From: Bacilli bacterium
GTDB lineage: Bacteria > Bacillota_I > Bacilli_A > RFN20 > CAG-826
Reading direction: 5' to 3'
Length of the DNA stretch: 64,000 nucleotides
NCBI GenBank assembly: GCA_035367155.1
Contig: DAOSJI010000003.1
Coordinates: forward strand, 11-64,010
Shown: piece after piece, positions 7,887 to 19,799 of the stretch
Layout: every line of letters starts with the position of its first letter
Position numbering within the stretch: the stretch's first letter is position 1
The notes under the pieces: generated by a model
Seen by the model: the letters and a program-made list of their open reading frames with translations, nothing else
What the model was told of the DNA's origin: nothing
The model's database searches: none
Translations under genes and position numbers: made by a program

Positions 7887-8631
7887 TTACATTTTTCCTT
7901 TCTTTTAAATTTAAATGTTCAAAAACTATATTATCCGCATATTTTTCTGCGGTTTTTAACTTTTCTTTAGAATCAATTGTCCACGCAATAACGCCCATTT
8001 TCCGCCTCAATCTTGCAATTTTGCGCTTTTTTATGTATAAAACATCTTGATTAAGAAAATCAGGTTTAGAAACATTTAGAACGAATAAATGACGGAACAT
8101 AAAAAGAACTAATTTGCTTTGTCCGGGCAATTCATCTGAGGCCAATTGTCCTAAAATATATGGATAGGTTTGATTTAATCTTAGCCATTTCATTGCATAC
8201 GGATTAAAGGATTGAAGGGCTACACTTTCTTTATGAGGATAAGATGCTAAAAGCTCTAGTAGAACTTTTGGAAATTCTTCGTTAAATTCATTTTCAATTT
8301 TTAACTCAATCATAAGTGGAACTTTACCATCAACCATTTTAAGAACATCCTTTAATAATGGAGGAGGGGTTTTACTTTTTAAAAGAGGATAATTTTTAAG
8401 TTCATCTTTTGTTAACGAAGTAACATCTTGATCGATACCCGTGACTCGTTTTAAATTAACATCATGAACAACAACTAGATTTCCATCCTTCATTAAATGG
8501 ACATCTAATTCAATTCCATAACCTTCTTTGACGGCGTTCTTAAATGCACCGAGACTATTTTCGTCATCGAACTCATTATGTAAGCCACGATGTGCGATCG
8601 GTGTCTTAAATATAGGATGATTAAGTTTCAT
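7876..8631 (-). CDS. glpQ: Glycerophosphodiester phosphodiesterase (GDPD family)
   Basis: HRG motif IAHRGLH. Catalytic E/D/H motif IELDVHLMKDGNLVVVHD. Confidence 0.75.
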   Translation of the reverse strand: MKLNHPIFKTPIAHRGLHNEFDDENSLGAFKNAVKEGYGIELDVHLMKDGNLVVVHDVNLKRVTGIDQDVTSLTKDELKNYPLLKSKTPPPLLKDVLKMVDGKVPLMIELKIENEFNEEFPKVLLELLASYPHKESVALQSFNPYAMKWLRLNQTYPYILGQLASDELPGQSKLVLFMFRHLFVLNVSKPDFLNQDVLYIKKRKIARLRRKMGVIAWTIDSKEKLKTAEKYADNIVFEHLNLKERKNVNET

Positions 8632-8792
8632 AAAAATTTACACTACCTATAAGTATTTTCTTTCTTATGACACAAATTGTCAAATATAAAGCCAATTTAG
8701 GTGATAGTTAAAATAAGAAAATAGAGTTCTTAATGATCTTATTGGTTAAACATAGTTTAAAGAAGTATACTTATAAAGAAAGAAGGTGCTTT

Positions 8793-10004
8793 ATGGATAA
8801 GAAAATTGCTCACTATCTTGCATTAGAAAATAATAGACAAAATGAATGTTTAGAATTAATAGCTAGTGAAAACTTTACTAGTAAGGCAGTACGAGAACTG
8901 TGTGGATCAATTTTAACTAATAAATATTCGGAAGGATATCCTGGTAAACGCTATTATGGAGGGTGTCAGCATATTGATGAAATAGAAAAGTTAGCAATTA
9001 ATGAATTGTGCAAACTTTATAACTGTAAATTTGCTAATGTTCAACCTCATTCTGGCAGCAGTGCTAATATGATTGCATATCGTGCAATTATGAATAAAGG
9101 AGACAAACTCTTATCTTTATCACTAGAAGAGGGAGGACATTTAACACATGGTAGTCCTGTTAATTTTAGTGCAAAAGATTATACAATTGTTCATTATGGT
9201 CTAGGTAATGACGGTCGCATTGATTATGAGATGTTAGAAAAAATTGCTCATAAGGAGAAGCCGCAAGTTATTCTTGCTGGTTTCTCTGCCTATCCATATC
9301 AAATAGATTTTGCAAGGATAGGCAAAATAGCAAAAGATGTTGGCGCGCTTTTTATGGTCGATATGGCACATATTGCAGGACTAATAGCAGCAGGTGTTCA
9401 TCCTTCACCTTTTCCACATGCAGATATTGTTACTTCAACAACACATAAAACGCTTCGTGGACCAAGAGGTGGCATTATTCTTACAAACAACGAAAATATA
9501 ATAAAGAAAGTAAACTTTGCTCTTTTTCCAGGTCTTCAAGGTGGTCCATTAGAAAACATAATAGGTGGAAAAGCACAATGTTTTATTGAAGCAAATACAC
9601 CAGAATTTCGAAAATACATCGAAAATGTAGTGTTAAACACGAAAGTGTGTGCTGATGAGTTTAGAAAACTTGGTGCTTTTTCAAGTGAAACAGAAACACA
9701 TCTATTTTTGCTTAATACGAAAAAGAGTTACGGCTTAACGGGAAAAGTAGCAGAAGCAAAACTAGAAGAAATTAATATTACTGTTAATAAAAACATGTTA
9801 CCTAATGATGATGAGCGACCAAACACTACATGCGGAATTCGCCTTGGCTTTGCTGCACTTACTACTAGAGGATTAGATGAAGAGGAGGCACGAAAAATTG
9901 CAAGCATTATTCATCATTACTTAAAAGGTGACTTAATCAAAGAAAAAGCCTTAAGCAAAGTCAAGGAAATTACTGATAATTTGAAAAGAGTTGAACTTAT
10001 ATAA
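8793..10004 (+). CDS. glyA: Serine hydroxymethyltransferase
   Basis: SHMT N-terminus: LELIASENFTSKAVRELCGSILTNKYSEGYPGKRYYGG. PLP lysine region: TSTTHKTLRGPRGG. The start is placed at MDKK (8793) with RBS AGAAGGTG. The track ORF begins at 8733. Confidence 0.9.
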   Translation: MDKKIAHYLALENNRQNECLELIASENFTSKAVRELCGSILTNKYSEGYPGKRYYGGCQHIDEIEKLAINELCKLYNCKFANVQPHSGSSANMIAYRAIMNKGDKLLSLSLEEGGHLTHGSPVNFSAKDYTIVHYGLGNDGRIDYEMLEKIAHKEKPQVILAGFSAYPYQIDFARIGKIAKDVGALFMVDMAHIAGLIAAGVHPSPFPHADIVTSTTHKTLRGPRGGIILTNNENIIKKVNFALFPGLQGGPLENIIGGKAQCFIEANTPEFRKYIENVVLNTKVCADEFRKLGAFSSETETHLFLLNTKKSYGLTGKVAEAKLEEINITVNKNMLPNDDERPNTTCGIRLGFAALTTRGLDEEEARKIASIIHHYLKGDLIKEKALSKVKEITDNLKRVELI

Positions 10005-10052
10005 TAAATTATAATTTATTATGATATAATCTCTAAAGAAGGCGAATAAAAC

Positions 10053-10520
10053 ATGAAACTTGATCGACAAAACAAATTAATTCTATTAACCTCAAGTATT
10101 ATTATCGCTATAGGCGCAATTGTCTTTGGTATTTTATGGGCGACCATAGGAACAATGAGTCTTTTCTTAGGGTGGTTACTTGGTTCTTTAATAGGTGTTG
10201 CAGGTTTTTTCTTAATCGTTATTCAAACTAATAATTTAAATCCTAATGTTGGAAAACCTCTTATTTGGGGCATGGGTGCTTTCTTTATTCGTTTTATTTT
10301 ATATGGTGCTGGGTTGCTTTTAGCAGCACTACTTACTAAGTATGTTGAACCTGAAATATTCAACATTTTTGCTGTATTTGGAGGATATATTCCCCCACGT
10401 CTATCAATTTATATTGTTACTTTTGTTAGTGGAAAAACAAAATTAAGTTTTAATAAACCAATTGAAACTGAAGTTAAAGAAATAATTCAAGAGGAAGAAA
10501 GTAATGAGTCAATGGATTAA
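10053..10520 (+). CDS. atpI: Small hydrophobic protein upstream of atpB, a putative AtpI/AtpZ-like ATP synthase accessory protein
   Basis: 155 aa with four hydrophobic helices. Its position immediately 5' of atpB matches Firmicute atp operons. Confidence 0.4.
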   Translation: MKLDRQNKLILLTSSIIIAIGAIVFGILWATIGTMSLFLGWLLGSLIGVAGFFLIVIQTNNLNPNVGKPLIWGMGAFFIRFILYGAGLLLAALLTKYVEPEIFNIFAVFGGYIPPRLSIYIVTFVSGKTKLSFNKPIETEVKEIIQEEESNESMD

Positions 10521-11283
10521 TAAATTACTACATGACCTTCCTTCTGAAATATATGGATCTATAATTGTTTTAATAATTGTTTTAATTTTAAGTTTAATTG
10601 TCTTTTTTAAGGTTAAAAAGACTGATCCTTTAGCTAAACCAAAAGGCATTGTTCATCTTAGCGAAATTCTAGTTACCAAAATTGATGGCATGGTTGAAAG
10701 TATGATGGGCAAAAAATTCCTTAGAAGAGGAATGGGGGGCTATTTTACTGCAATTGCTGTCTATATTGTTCTAGGATTTACTTTAGGCTTACTAGGATTA
10801 CCAACTCCAATGGTTAATTTAATCGTGCCTGTTTCGCTTGGGACATTAACAATTATTTTAGTTCATGCGACTGCAGTACGGGCTAACAAGTGGAGATATT
10901 TCAAACGCTTTGTCGAGCCGGTATTTTTCTTTTTACCGGTAAATATAATTAGTACATTTGCTCCGCTTATTTCTCTCTCGCTTCGTTTATTTGGGAACGC
11001 CTTAGCAGGCTGGACAATTATGAACCTGCTTTATTGGGGTAGTGGATTATTAGCAAATGTTATTTATGGTGGTTTTATTCCTACTGGCCCAAGTAGCTTA
11101 TTAGTTACGCCTATTTTGGCTCCGTTTTTACATATGTATTTTGATTTATTTGGGGCATTTATTCAAACACTCGTGTTTGTATCACTATCGATGATTTTCA
11201 TCTCGCAAGAAGATGATTCTCCAGATGAAATTCCCGCTAGTGTTAACAATATAAAAAATAACGACATGATAAAGGAGATTTAG
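10504..11283 (+). CDS. atpB: F0F1 ATP synthase subunit a
   Basis: Conserved a-subunit motif LSLRLFGNALAG, a polytopic product, and position in the operon. Confidence 0.85.
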   Translation: MSQWINKLLHDLPSEIYGSIIVLIIVLILSLIVFFKVKKTDPLAKPKGIVHLSEILVTKIDGMVESMMGKKFLRRGMGGYFTAIAVYIVLGFTLGLLGLPTPMVNLIVPVSLGTLTIILVHATAVRANKWRYFKRFVEPVFFFLPVNIISTFAPLISLSLRLFGNALAGWTIMNLLYWGSGLLANVIYGGFIPTGPSSLLVTPILAPFLHMYFDLFGAFIQTLVFVSLSMIFISQEDDSPDEIPASVNNIKNNDMIKEI

Positions 11284-11285
11284 TT

Positions 11286-11552
11286 ATGTTAAACGTATTA
11301 CTTAATGTGTTAGCAGGTGCTACAACTGGTGACGGTTTAGTCGCATTAGCTGCAGGTATTGCCGTTTTAGGTGGTATGGCATGTGCAATTGGTGAAGGCA
11401 GAATTGCTGAAAAAGCAATTGAAGCAATTATGCGAAATCCAGAAACGTCACAAGATATTCGAGGAACTATGATTCTTGGTATCGCCTTAACCGAAACGAC
11501 TGGTATTTATGCTCTTATCGTTTCAATTTTAATTATTTTCATTCTTGGCTAA
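11286..11552 (+). CDS. atpE: F0F1 ATP synthase subunit c
   Basis: 88 aa two-helix proteolipid with the conserved carboxylate in GIALTETTGIYALIV. Confidence 0.85.
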   Translation: MLNVLLNVLAGATTGDGLVALAAGIAVLGGMACAIGEGRIAEKAIEAIMRNPETSQDIRGTMILGIALTETTGIYALIVSILIIFILG

Positions 11553-11567
11553 AAGGTAGCTATAAAA

Positions 11568-12125
11568 ATGAGAACTCAATTATTTAACAATGCGTTTTTA
11601 ACGGACGTACCATTTGGCCCAGAGGATTTCCGCAATAAAATATTTCCAAGCGGGATTTGGCCTTTTGTAGTGCAATTTGCAGTTCTTATTGTCATTATTC
11701 TTATTATCGTTTATCTCTTTTATAAGCCTATAAAAAAGATGCTAAACACACGTGCTGAACATGTTAGAGAAAACATTCAAGCAGCCGAAATTTCTAAAAA
11801 AGAAATGGAAGAAAAACTTTCTGCTGCAGAAAAAGAAGTTGAATCTGAACGTCTTAAAGCTCAAGCAATGATTAAAGAAACAATTGAAAGTAGCGAGAAA
11901 ATGCGTCAGCAAATGTTAACTGAAGCAAAACTTGAAGTTGAAAAAGAACGCGCAAGAGCTCTTAGTGAAATTGAGTTAGCAAAAACCGAAGCACTTGATG
12001 AAATTCATCAAGAGATCGTTGAAGTAGCACTTGACGCTTCTAAAAAAGTTCTTGAACGTGAAGTTAGTGAAAAAGACAATAGGCGAATTATTGAAGATTT
12101 TATTAAGGAAGTTAAAGAAGAATGA
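11568..12125 (+). CDS. atpF: F0F1 ATP synthase subunit b
   Basis: An N-terminal TM helix is followed by a long charged coiled-coil (KKEMEEKLSAAEKEVESERLKAQAM…). Position in the operon. Confidence 0.8.
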   Translation: MRTQLFNNAFLTDVPFGPEDFRNKIFPSGIWPFVVQFAVLIVIILIIVYLFYKPIKKMLNTRAEHVRENIQAAEISKKEMEEKLSAAEKEVESERLKAQAMIKETIESSEKMRQQMLTEAKLEVEKERARALSEIELAKTEALDEIHQEIVEVALDASKKVLEREVSEKDNRRIIEDFIKEVKEE

Positions 12126-12682
12126 GTGTTAATCCATCTTTAATGTATGCTTTAGCACTTCATTCACTTGCTAAAGAAGAAGGGCAATTAAAAGAACTAA
12201 AGGATATTTTGCTTGATTTTTGCGCTCAATTAGATATACATCCACGCCTAAAAACGCTTTTAGCGACACCAAACATTAAAGAAGATGAAAAGGAAAAGAT
12301 TATAGAATCAGTTACCACTCCTTATAAAAGTAGTCTATTTACGAATGGTTTAAAATTAATCGTAAAACAACATCGCATACTCTACTTTAAAGATATTGTT
12401 AATGAGTATGTCAAATTAGCTGATGAATCGCTTAGGATTTTACATGGATTTATTTATTCTAAATTTCCATTAAGCGAAAAAGAAGTTCAATCAATTGAAG
12501 AAGCCGTAACAATTAGAATTGGAACAACGGTAAAGTTAGAAAACAAAGAAGATCCTTCAATTTTAGGAGGAATTAAAGTAGTTATTGGTGATCAAATTTT
12601 TGATGGGACACTTGATAACAAACTAGAACAACTCAAAAAACAACTACGACAAAGAAAGGTGGACAGCCGAAATGAAAATTAA
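12122..12682 (+). CDS. atpH: F0F1 ATP synthase subunit delta
   Basis: 186 aa, in the operon between the b and alpha subunits. Confidence 0.75.
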   Translation: MSVNPSLMYALALHSLAKEEGQLKELKDILLDFCAQLDIHPRLKTLLATPNIKEDEKEKIIESVTTPYKSSLFTNGLKLIVKQHRILYFKDIVNEYVKLADESLRILHGFIYSKFPLSEKEVQSIEEAVTIRIGTTVKLENKEDPSILGGIKVVIGDQIFDGTLDNKLEQLKKQLRQRKVDSRNEN

Positions 12683-14168
12683 ACCTAATGAAATTAGTGC
12701 TCTTATTAAGGCACAAATTAAAGAATATGAACACGAACTACAACTTGATGATGTAGGAACTGTTATGAGTGTTGGAGACGGCATCGCTCTTATCTATGGT
12801 CTAGATAAGGCAATGCTTGGAGAATTAATCCTCTTTCCTCATGATGTTTACGGCATGGTTCAAAATCTTGAACCAGATAATGTTGGAGCTGTTCTACTAG
12901 GTAACGATAAATTAATTAAAGAAGGCGATACAGTTAAGCGAACTGGACGCGTCCTTGAAGTCCCTGTCGGGGATGAACTTATTGGTCGGGTTGTTAATGC
13001 AATTGGTCTACCAATTGATGGTTTAGGAGAAATTAAGACTACAAAAACGCGTCCAATTGAGCGAATTGCACCTGGAGTTATGAAACGAGAACCAGTTAAT
13101 CAACCACTTCAAACAGGAATTATTGCAATTGACTCAATGATTCCAATAGGAAGAGGGCAACGAGAACTTATTATTGGGGACCGTCAAACTGGAAAAACGG
13201 CAATTGCAATTGATACGATTATTAATCAAAAAGAGGAAAATGTTCTATGTATCTATGTTGCAATTGGACAAAAACAATCTAGCGTTGCTAACATTGTAGA
13301 AAGATTAAAAGATGCAGGTGCACTTTCATATACTACTATAGTAAGTGCTACTGCTAGTGAACTTGCTCCCCTTCAAATGGTCGCTCCATTTGCAGGAGCT
13401 GCAATGGCAGAAGAATGGTTAGAACAAGGCAAAGATGTTTTGATTGTATACGATGATTTAAGCAAACACGCTGTTGCTTATAGAACGCTATCATTACTAC
13501 TTAGACGTTCACCTGGTAGAGAAGCTTATCCTGGTGATATTTTCTATTTACACAGCCGTCTACTTGAACGTGCTTGTAAATTAAATAAAGACAATGGAGG
13601 AGGATCAATTACTGCCCTTCCAATCATTGAAACACAAGCTGGAGATCGTAGTGCTTATATTCCTACCAATGTTATTTCAATTACAGATGGTCAAATTTTC
13701 TTACAAGCAGATTTATTTAATGCAGGTCAAAGACCTGCGATTGACTCTGGTCAATCAGTGTCTCGTGTAGGTGGCAAGGCTCAAATTCAAGCAATGCGAA
13801 AAGTTGCAGGAAGCTTAAAAATTGACTTAGCTAATTACCGCGAACTTCAATCTTTTGCTCAATTTGGTAGTGATTTAGATGCATCAACACGTAAGACGCT
13901 TGAACATGGACAAATTTTAATGGAAGTTTTAAAACAACCTCAGTACAAGCCATATGAGGTCGAACAACAAGTTTATTATTTATTTGTTACTCAAAACGAT
14001 TATTTAGTTAATCTAGCTTTAAATGAAATCCATGAAAAACTACTAGAAGGATATAACAACCTAAAAGTTAGTAACGCAGGTCTTGTTAAAGAGTTAAAGA
14101 AAACAAAAACTTTAAGTGATAAAAACATTGAAGCGTTACATAAACACTGTAAGGATTTCTATAAGTAA
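12672..14168 (+). CDS. atpA: F0F1 ATP synthase subunit alpha
   Basis: P-loop [18 protein letters not shown]. The 498 aa length is typical. Confidence 0.95.
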   Translation: MKIKPNEISALIKAQIKEYEHELQLDDVGTVMSVGDGIALIYGLDKAMLGELILFPHDVYGMVQNLEPDNVGAVLLGNDKLIKEGDTVKRTGRVLEVPVGDELIGRVVNAIGLPIDGLGEIKTTKTRPIERIAPGVMKREPVNQPLQTGIIAIDSMIPIGRGQRELIIGDRQTGKTAIAIDTIINQKEENVLCIYVAIGQKQSSVANIVERLKDAGALSYTTIVSATASELAPLQMVAPFAGAAMAEEWLEQGKDVLIVYDDLSKHAVAYRTLSLLLRRSPGREAYPGDIFYLHSRLLERACKLNKDNGGGSITALPIIETQAGDRSAYIPTNVISITDGQIFLQADLFNAGQRPAIDSGQSVSRVGGKAQIQAMRKVAGSLKIDLANYRELQSFAQFGSDLDASTRKTLEHGQILMEVLKQPQYKPYEVEQQVYYLFVTQNDYLVNLALNEIHEKLLEGYNNLKVSNAGLVKELKKTKTLSDKNIEALHKHCKDFYK

Positions 14169-14187
14169 AGGATAAAGATAGAGAACA

Positions 14188-15042
14188 ATGTCGGTTCAAA
14201 TGCAAGCAACGAAACGACGCATCAATTCAATCGTTGCGACGCGAAAAATTACTAGTGCGATGGAATTAATTGCCGTTACTAAATTACAAAGATGGCAAAA
14301 GTATTTTTATAGTTCTGATAAATTTACTGAATCTTTTAAAACAATATTAAATGAATATCAAAAACTAGAAATTAAAATTGAATCACCTTATTTTCTTGAA
14401 AATAAAGAATCGAGCGGCATTTTGCACGTTATTTTGACTAGTAATCTTGGTTTATGTGGTGCCTACAACAATAATTTAATTAACTATGTACAAAATAAAA
14501 TTAAAGAAGAAGATACGCTTTTAGTTATTGGTAAACGAGGGTATCGTGAGATTAGAAAAACACACGATAACATAATTACTGACTTTATCAATGTAGGTGA
14601 TGATCTTAGTTATGATACCGTGCTCAAATTAGGAAGATTATTTACAACTCGATACAAATTAAAAAAAGACAATCAAGTTCAAATTCATTATACGCATTAT
14701 ATAAATTCATTAAATAGTGAACCTCGATCAATTACCTTACTTCCGCTTCGAAACGAAACTAATGAATTAGAACTTAAAGAGCAACTTGCACCATTTCCAA
14801 TTGTTGAACCAGATGCAACCCAATTTTTAGAAGAACTTATTCCGCTTTATATTAATGCTCTTATTATGAAAGTATTAATCGCCGCTCAAGTAAGTGAGCA
14901 ATCTGCTAGACGAAACGCAATGGAAGCTGCAACTGACAATGCTACTGATTTAATTGATGAATTAATGATTCAATACAATACCGCAAGACAAGCTGCTATT
15001 ACTCAAGAATTAACTGAAGTTCTTGGTGGCTCAAATGTATAG
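14188..15042 (+). CDS. atpG: F0F1 ATP synthase subunit gamma
   Basis: 284 aa with the conserved C-terminus ITQELTEVLGG. Position in the operon. Confidence 0.85.
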   Translation: MSVQMQATKRRINSIVATRKITSAMELIAVTKLQRWQKYFYSSDKFTESFKTILNEYQKLEIKIESPYFLENKESSGILHVILTSNLGLCGAYNNNLINYVQNKIKEEDTLLVIGKRGYREIRKTHDNIITDFINVGDDLSYDTVLKLGRLFTTRYKLKKDNQVQIHYTHYINSLNSEPRSITLLPLRNETNELELKEQLAPFPIVEPDATQFLEELIPLYINALIMKVLIAAQVSEQSARRNAMEAATDNATDLIDELMIQYNTARQAAITQELTEVLGGSNV

Positions 15043-16458
<1,416 letters not shown>

Positions 16459-16863
16459 ATGAGTTTTTTTACTGAAATTAGAACACCTGATCGCGAAGTA
16501 TTTAAAGGTGAAATTGATGAACTTCATATACCTACATATAAAGGCAATTTAACGATTTTGCCAAAATATACTGATTTTATGACTATTATTATTCCAGGCA
16601 GTATGAAAGTGGTTATTAATAAAGAAATAAAAGAATATTTTATAGCCAAAGGCATTCTTACAGTTAAGGATAAAAAAGTCACAGTTATTGCAGAAGCAAT
16701 AGAAAATGCAAAAGATATTGATATTCAAAGAGCTTTAAAAGCAAAAGAGCGCGCGACTAGACGCTTAAAAGAAAAAGGCGAAGATATAGATTTTAAAAGA
16801 GCAGAAGCAGCATTGCATCGGGCTATTGAACGAATAAAAATTGCTGAAAGACATCAAATTTAA
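16459..16863 (+). CDS. atpC: F0F1 ATP synthase subunit epsilon
   Basis: 134 aa, immediately after atpD, with a C-terminal helical hairpin. Confidence 0.8.
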   Translation: MSFFTEIRTPDREVFKGEIDELHIPTYKGNLTILPKYTDFMTIIIPGSMKVVINKEIKEYFIAKGILTVKDKKVTVIAEAIENAKDIDIQRALKAKERATRRLKEKGEDIDFKRAEAALHRAIERIKIAERHQI

Positions 16864-16885
16864 ATTATTAATAAAGGAGAACAAT

Positions 16886-18088
16886 ATGAAAAAAGCATTA
16901 TTATACTTTCAATCAGGCGGACCAACGGCCGTTATTAACACCTCATTTTATGGTGTAATCAAACAAGCATTAAAAGAAGAAAAAGTTGGTGGAATCTATG
17001 GAAGCATTCATGGGATTGAAGGAATTTTAAAAGATGAATTAATTGATTTAAGAAAAGAAGATCCTGAAACAATTGAACTTTTAAAACAAACGCCAGCGGC
17101 AGCACTAGGTACGACCCGTTATAAATTAAGTGAAGATATTGGTGATATTGATTATCAAAGAATTCTTAATACTTGTCAAAAACATAATGTTGGGTATCTT
17201 CTTGTAAATGGTGGGAACGACTCTATGGATACATGCCACAAATTGTCACTCTTTTTTGCAAAAGTGGGCTATGATTGCAATGTTATCGGTATTCCAAAAA
17301 CCATTGATAACGATTTAGCTTTTACTGATCATTGTCTTGGTTTTCCAAGTGCAGCACGCTATGTTGTTCAATCAATTCAAGATATCGCTCTTGATAATTT
17401 AGTTTATTCAAAGGGTAAAGTAGTAATTATTGAAGTAATGGGAAGAAACGCAGGGTGGCTTACTGCAGCAGCGGCCGTGATTTCTGAGCCACATCTAAAA
17501 CCTGATTATATTTATGTTCCAGAAGAACGTTTTGATATTAATGAATTTTGTGAAAGAGCACGACGAGTTTACGAAGAAAAAGGATCTGCCTTATTTGTCG
17601 TAAGTGAAGGTGTTGAAGCATATTTGCCACTAGAAAATAAAAAACGAGATTTATTTGGACATGTTCAACTAGGTGGTGTTAGCGGCATTTTAGCAGGCGA
17701 GATTGAACGCCGATATGGTATTTCGACTAGACCAATTGAATTTAGTCTTCTTCAACGAGCAGGAACTGAATACATTACTCGTGTAGATCAAGAAGAAGCA
17801 ATTCAAGTTTCTAAAAAGGCTGTTCAAGCAGTTGTAAGTGGTAAAACTAATAAAATGGTTATTATCGAACGTCTTGAAGGGCCAACTTATAAAGTTCGTT
17901 ACTGTTTAAAAGAATTATCAAATATTGCTAACGTTGAACATAAATTAACCCCAGAATTAATTAATGATATGCGTGGTAACGGGATAAAAATAAAAGAGTA
18001 CCTTTTACCATTAATTAAAGATACGATCAAACTTGAATATAAAGATGGTCGTGCAAAGTATGCGAAATTAAAGAAATACCGTGTATAA
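16886..18088 (+). CDS. pfk: 6-phosphofructokinase (PFK family A, probably the pyrophosphate-dependent type)
   Basis: Motifs GGPTAVIN, VNGGNDSMDT (GGNDS rather than the ATP-type GGDGS) and PKTIDNDL. The start is set at MKKALLYF (16886) with RBS AAAGGAGA. The track ORF starts at 16841, overlapping atpC. Confidence 0.75.
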   Translation: MKKALLYFQSGGPTAVINTSFYGVIKQALKEEKVGGIYGSIHGIEGILKDELIDLRKEDPETIELLKQTPAAALGTTRYKLSEDIGDIDYQRILNTCQKHNVGYLLVNGGNDSMDTCHKLSLFFAKVGYDCNVIGIPKTIDNDLAFTDHCLGFPSAARYVVQSIQDIALDNLVYSKGKVVIIEVMGRNAGWLTAAAAVISEPHLKPDYIYVPEERFDINEFCERARRVYEEKGSALFVVSEGVEAYLPLENKKRDLFGHVQLGGVSGILAGEIERRYGISTRPIEFSLLQRAGTEYITRVDQEEAIQVSKKAVQAVVSGKTNKMVIIERLEGPTYKVRYCLKELSNIANVEHKLTPELINDMRGNGIKIKEYLLPLIKDTIKLEYKDGRAKYAKLKKYRV

Positions 18089-18106
18089 ACGAACAAAATA
18101 ATAGTA

Positions 18107-18135
18107 TAAAATCGTGTAATTTTACACGATTTTAT
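18107..18135 (+). terminator. Rho-independent terminator after pfk
   Basis: The inverted repeat AAAATCGTGTAA / TTACACGATTTT is followed by a T-rich run. Confidence 0.55.
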
Positions 18136-18169
18136 ATTTATTAATAAAAAACTTCGCTATAATATAAGT

Positions 18170-19114
18170 ATGAATCCTTGGGTTATCGCAATTTTAGTAA
18201 TCATAGGTGTATTAATCCTTTATTTATTAATACTTTTTTTGGTGTTTATTATCTTTTTTGGAAGGACTACAGGGACTCCCGTTGAAAACAATAAACTACT
18301 TGGAGACAATTGGGGTGATAACTTTACTAATTTAAAAAAAGAAAGAGAAAAAGTATTTGTTAAAACCAAAAAGTATGAAGACATTTATATAAAAAGCGAT
18401 GATAATCTTAAATTACATGCTTATTTATTTGAAAATAAGTTAAGTGATACAGTTATTATTTTTATTCACGGATATAAATCTCAAGCTACATTTGAAGGGA
18501 CGGTAGGATTAATGCTTTATCGTGAAAAGGCTACATTACTACTTGTTGATCAAAGAGCATGTGGAAAAAGTGAAGGGAAGTACATAACTTTTGGTGCGAA
18601 AGAAAAATATGATATTTTACTTTGGATTAAATTTATTAATGAAAGGTATTACGGAAAGAAAACTATTTATATACACGGTGCATCGATGGGTGCTGCTACA
18701 ACATTAATGGTTTCCTCTTTAACAAATTTACCAGCAAATGTTAAGGGCTTTATCGCAGATTCTCCATATACAAGTGCGGCAGAAGTTGGATTACATACAT
18801 TAAAAGTTATGACAGGAGTAAATTTTAGATTATCTCTTAGGATTATAGATATGTATTGTCGGATGTTTGCTGGGTTTTCTTTATACAAAACCAATACACT
18901 TAATGACATTAAAAATAATACAAAATTACCAGTTTTTATTATCCATGGAAAATCTGATAATTTTGTTCCGTTTGAAATGGGAGAAAAAAATTATGCTGAA
19001 ATTATAGCTCCTAAAAGATTTATTGGTGTTGATGGTGCAAATCACTGCCAAGCCTACTTTTTATATCCTGAAAAATCAAAAGAAATTTTAAACGAATTTA
19101 TTTGGGGCAAATAA
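18170..19114 (+). CDS. Alpha/beta-fold hydrolase with an N-terminal TM anchor
   Basis: An N-terminal hydrophobic helix and the nucleophile elbow IHGASMGAAT (GxSxG). A conserved His is present near the C-terminus. Confidence 0.6.
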   Translation: MNPWVIAILVIIGVLILYLLILFLVFIIFFGRTTGTPVENNKLLGDNWGDNFTNLKKEREKVFVKTKKYEDIYIKSDDNLKLHAYLFENKLSDTVIIFIHGYKSQATFEGTVGLMLYREKATLLLVDQRACGKSEGKYITFGAKEKYDILLWIKFINERYYGKKTIYIHGASMGAATTLMVSSLTNLPANVKGFIADSPYTSAAEVGLHTLKVMTGVNFRLSLRIIDMYCRMFAGFSLYKTNTLNDIKNNTKLPVFIIHGKSDNFVPFEMGEKNYAEIIAPKRFIGVDGANHCQAYFLYPEKSKEILNEFIWGK

Positions 19115-19115
19115 A

Positions 19116-19790
19116 ATGAGATACGCTCGAATACTACCTTTAATAGGAAATAAAGGACTTGAAAAAATCCAAAAAAGCCATGTAACCATTTTTGGAATTG
19201 GCGGAGTTGGGGGCACTGCCGCCTTAGCTTTAGCTAGAATGGGTATTGGTAAGATTAGTATCTATGATTTTGATGTTGTAGAAGAAACAAATTTGAACCG
19301 ACAAGTGGTCGCTGACATTACTACTATAGGAAAAATGAAAGTTGATGTTTTAGAGTCGAAAATACAAGAAATAAACCCAAATTGCACGGTTTTTAAATAT
19401 TCAAAAAAAGTAACAATTGAAGATATTGAAATGATTGAAGTTGGAGAATGCGACTTTTATATTGATGCTTTGGATGATGTTAATGTGAAAGTTGCTCTAA
19501 TAAAAAGAGCATATTTTGATAAGATACCCTTAATTAGTTCAATGGGAGCAGGCAACCGTTTTGATCCGACAAAGGTATTAATTTCAGACATTTTTAAAAC
19601 AGAGGGCGATCCTCTTGCAAAACTAATTCGTAGTGAATTAAGAAAATTAGGTGTAAAAAAACAAGTGGTAGTGTGGAGTAAAGAAGACCCAATTAAAAAT
19701 ACTACAAGAACTCCAAGCAGTTCGGTATTTGTGCCCAATTCATTCGGACTTGCACTTGCATATTTTGTTATTAAACAACTTTTAGATTAG
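19116..19790 (+). CDS. tcdA: tRNA threonylcarbamoyladenosine dehydratase (ThiF/MoeB-family, TcdA/CsdL-like)
   Basis: Rossmann motif VTIFGIGGVGGTAALALARMGIGKISIYDFDVVEETNLNRQ. The ~224 aa size is typical of TcdA. Confidence 0.7.
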   Translation: MRYARILPLIGNKGLEKIQKSHVTIFGIGGVGGTAALALARMGIGKISIYDFDVVEETNLNRQVVADITTIGKMKVDVLESKIQEINPNCTVFKYSKKVTIEDIEMIEVGECDFYIDALDDVNVKVALIKRAYFDKIPLISSMGAGNRFDPTKVLISDIFKTEGDPLAKLIRSELRKLGVKKQVVVWSKEDPIKNTTRTPSSSVFVPNSFGLALAYFVIKQLLD

Positions 19791-19799
19791 AATATCATT

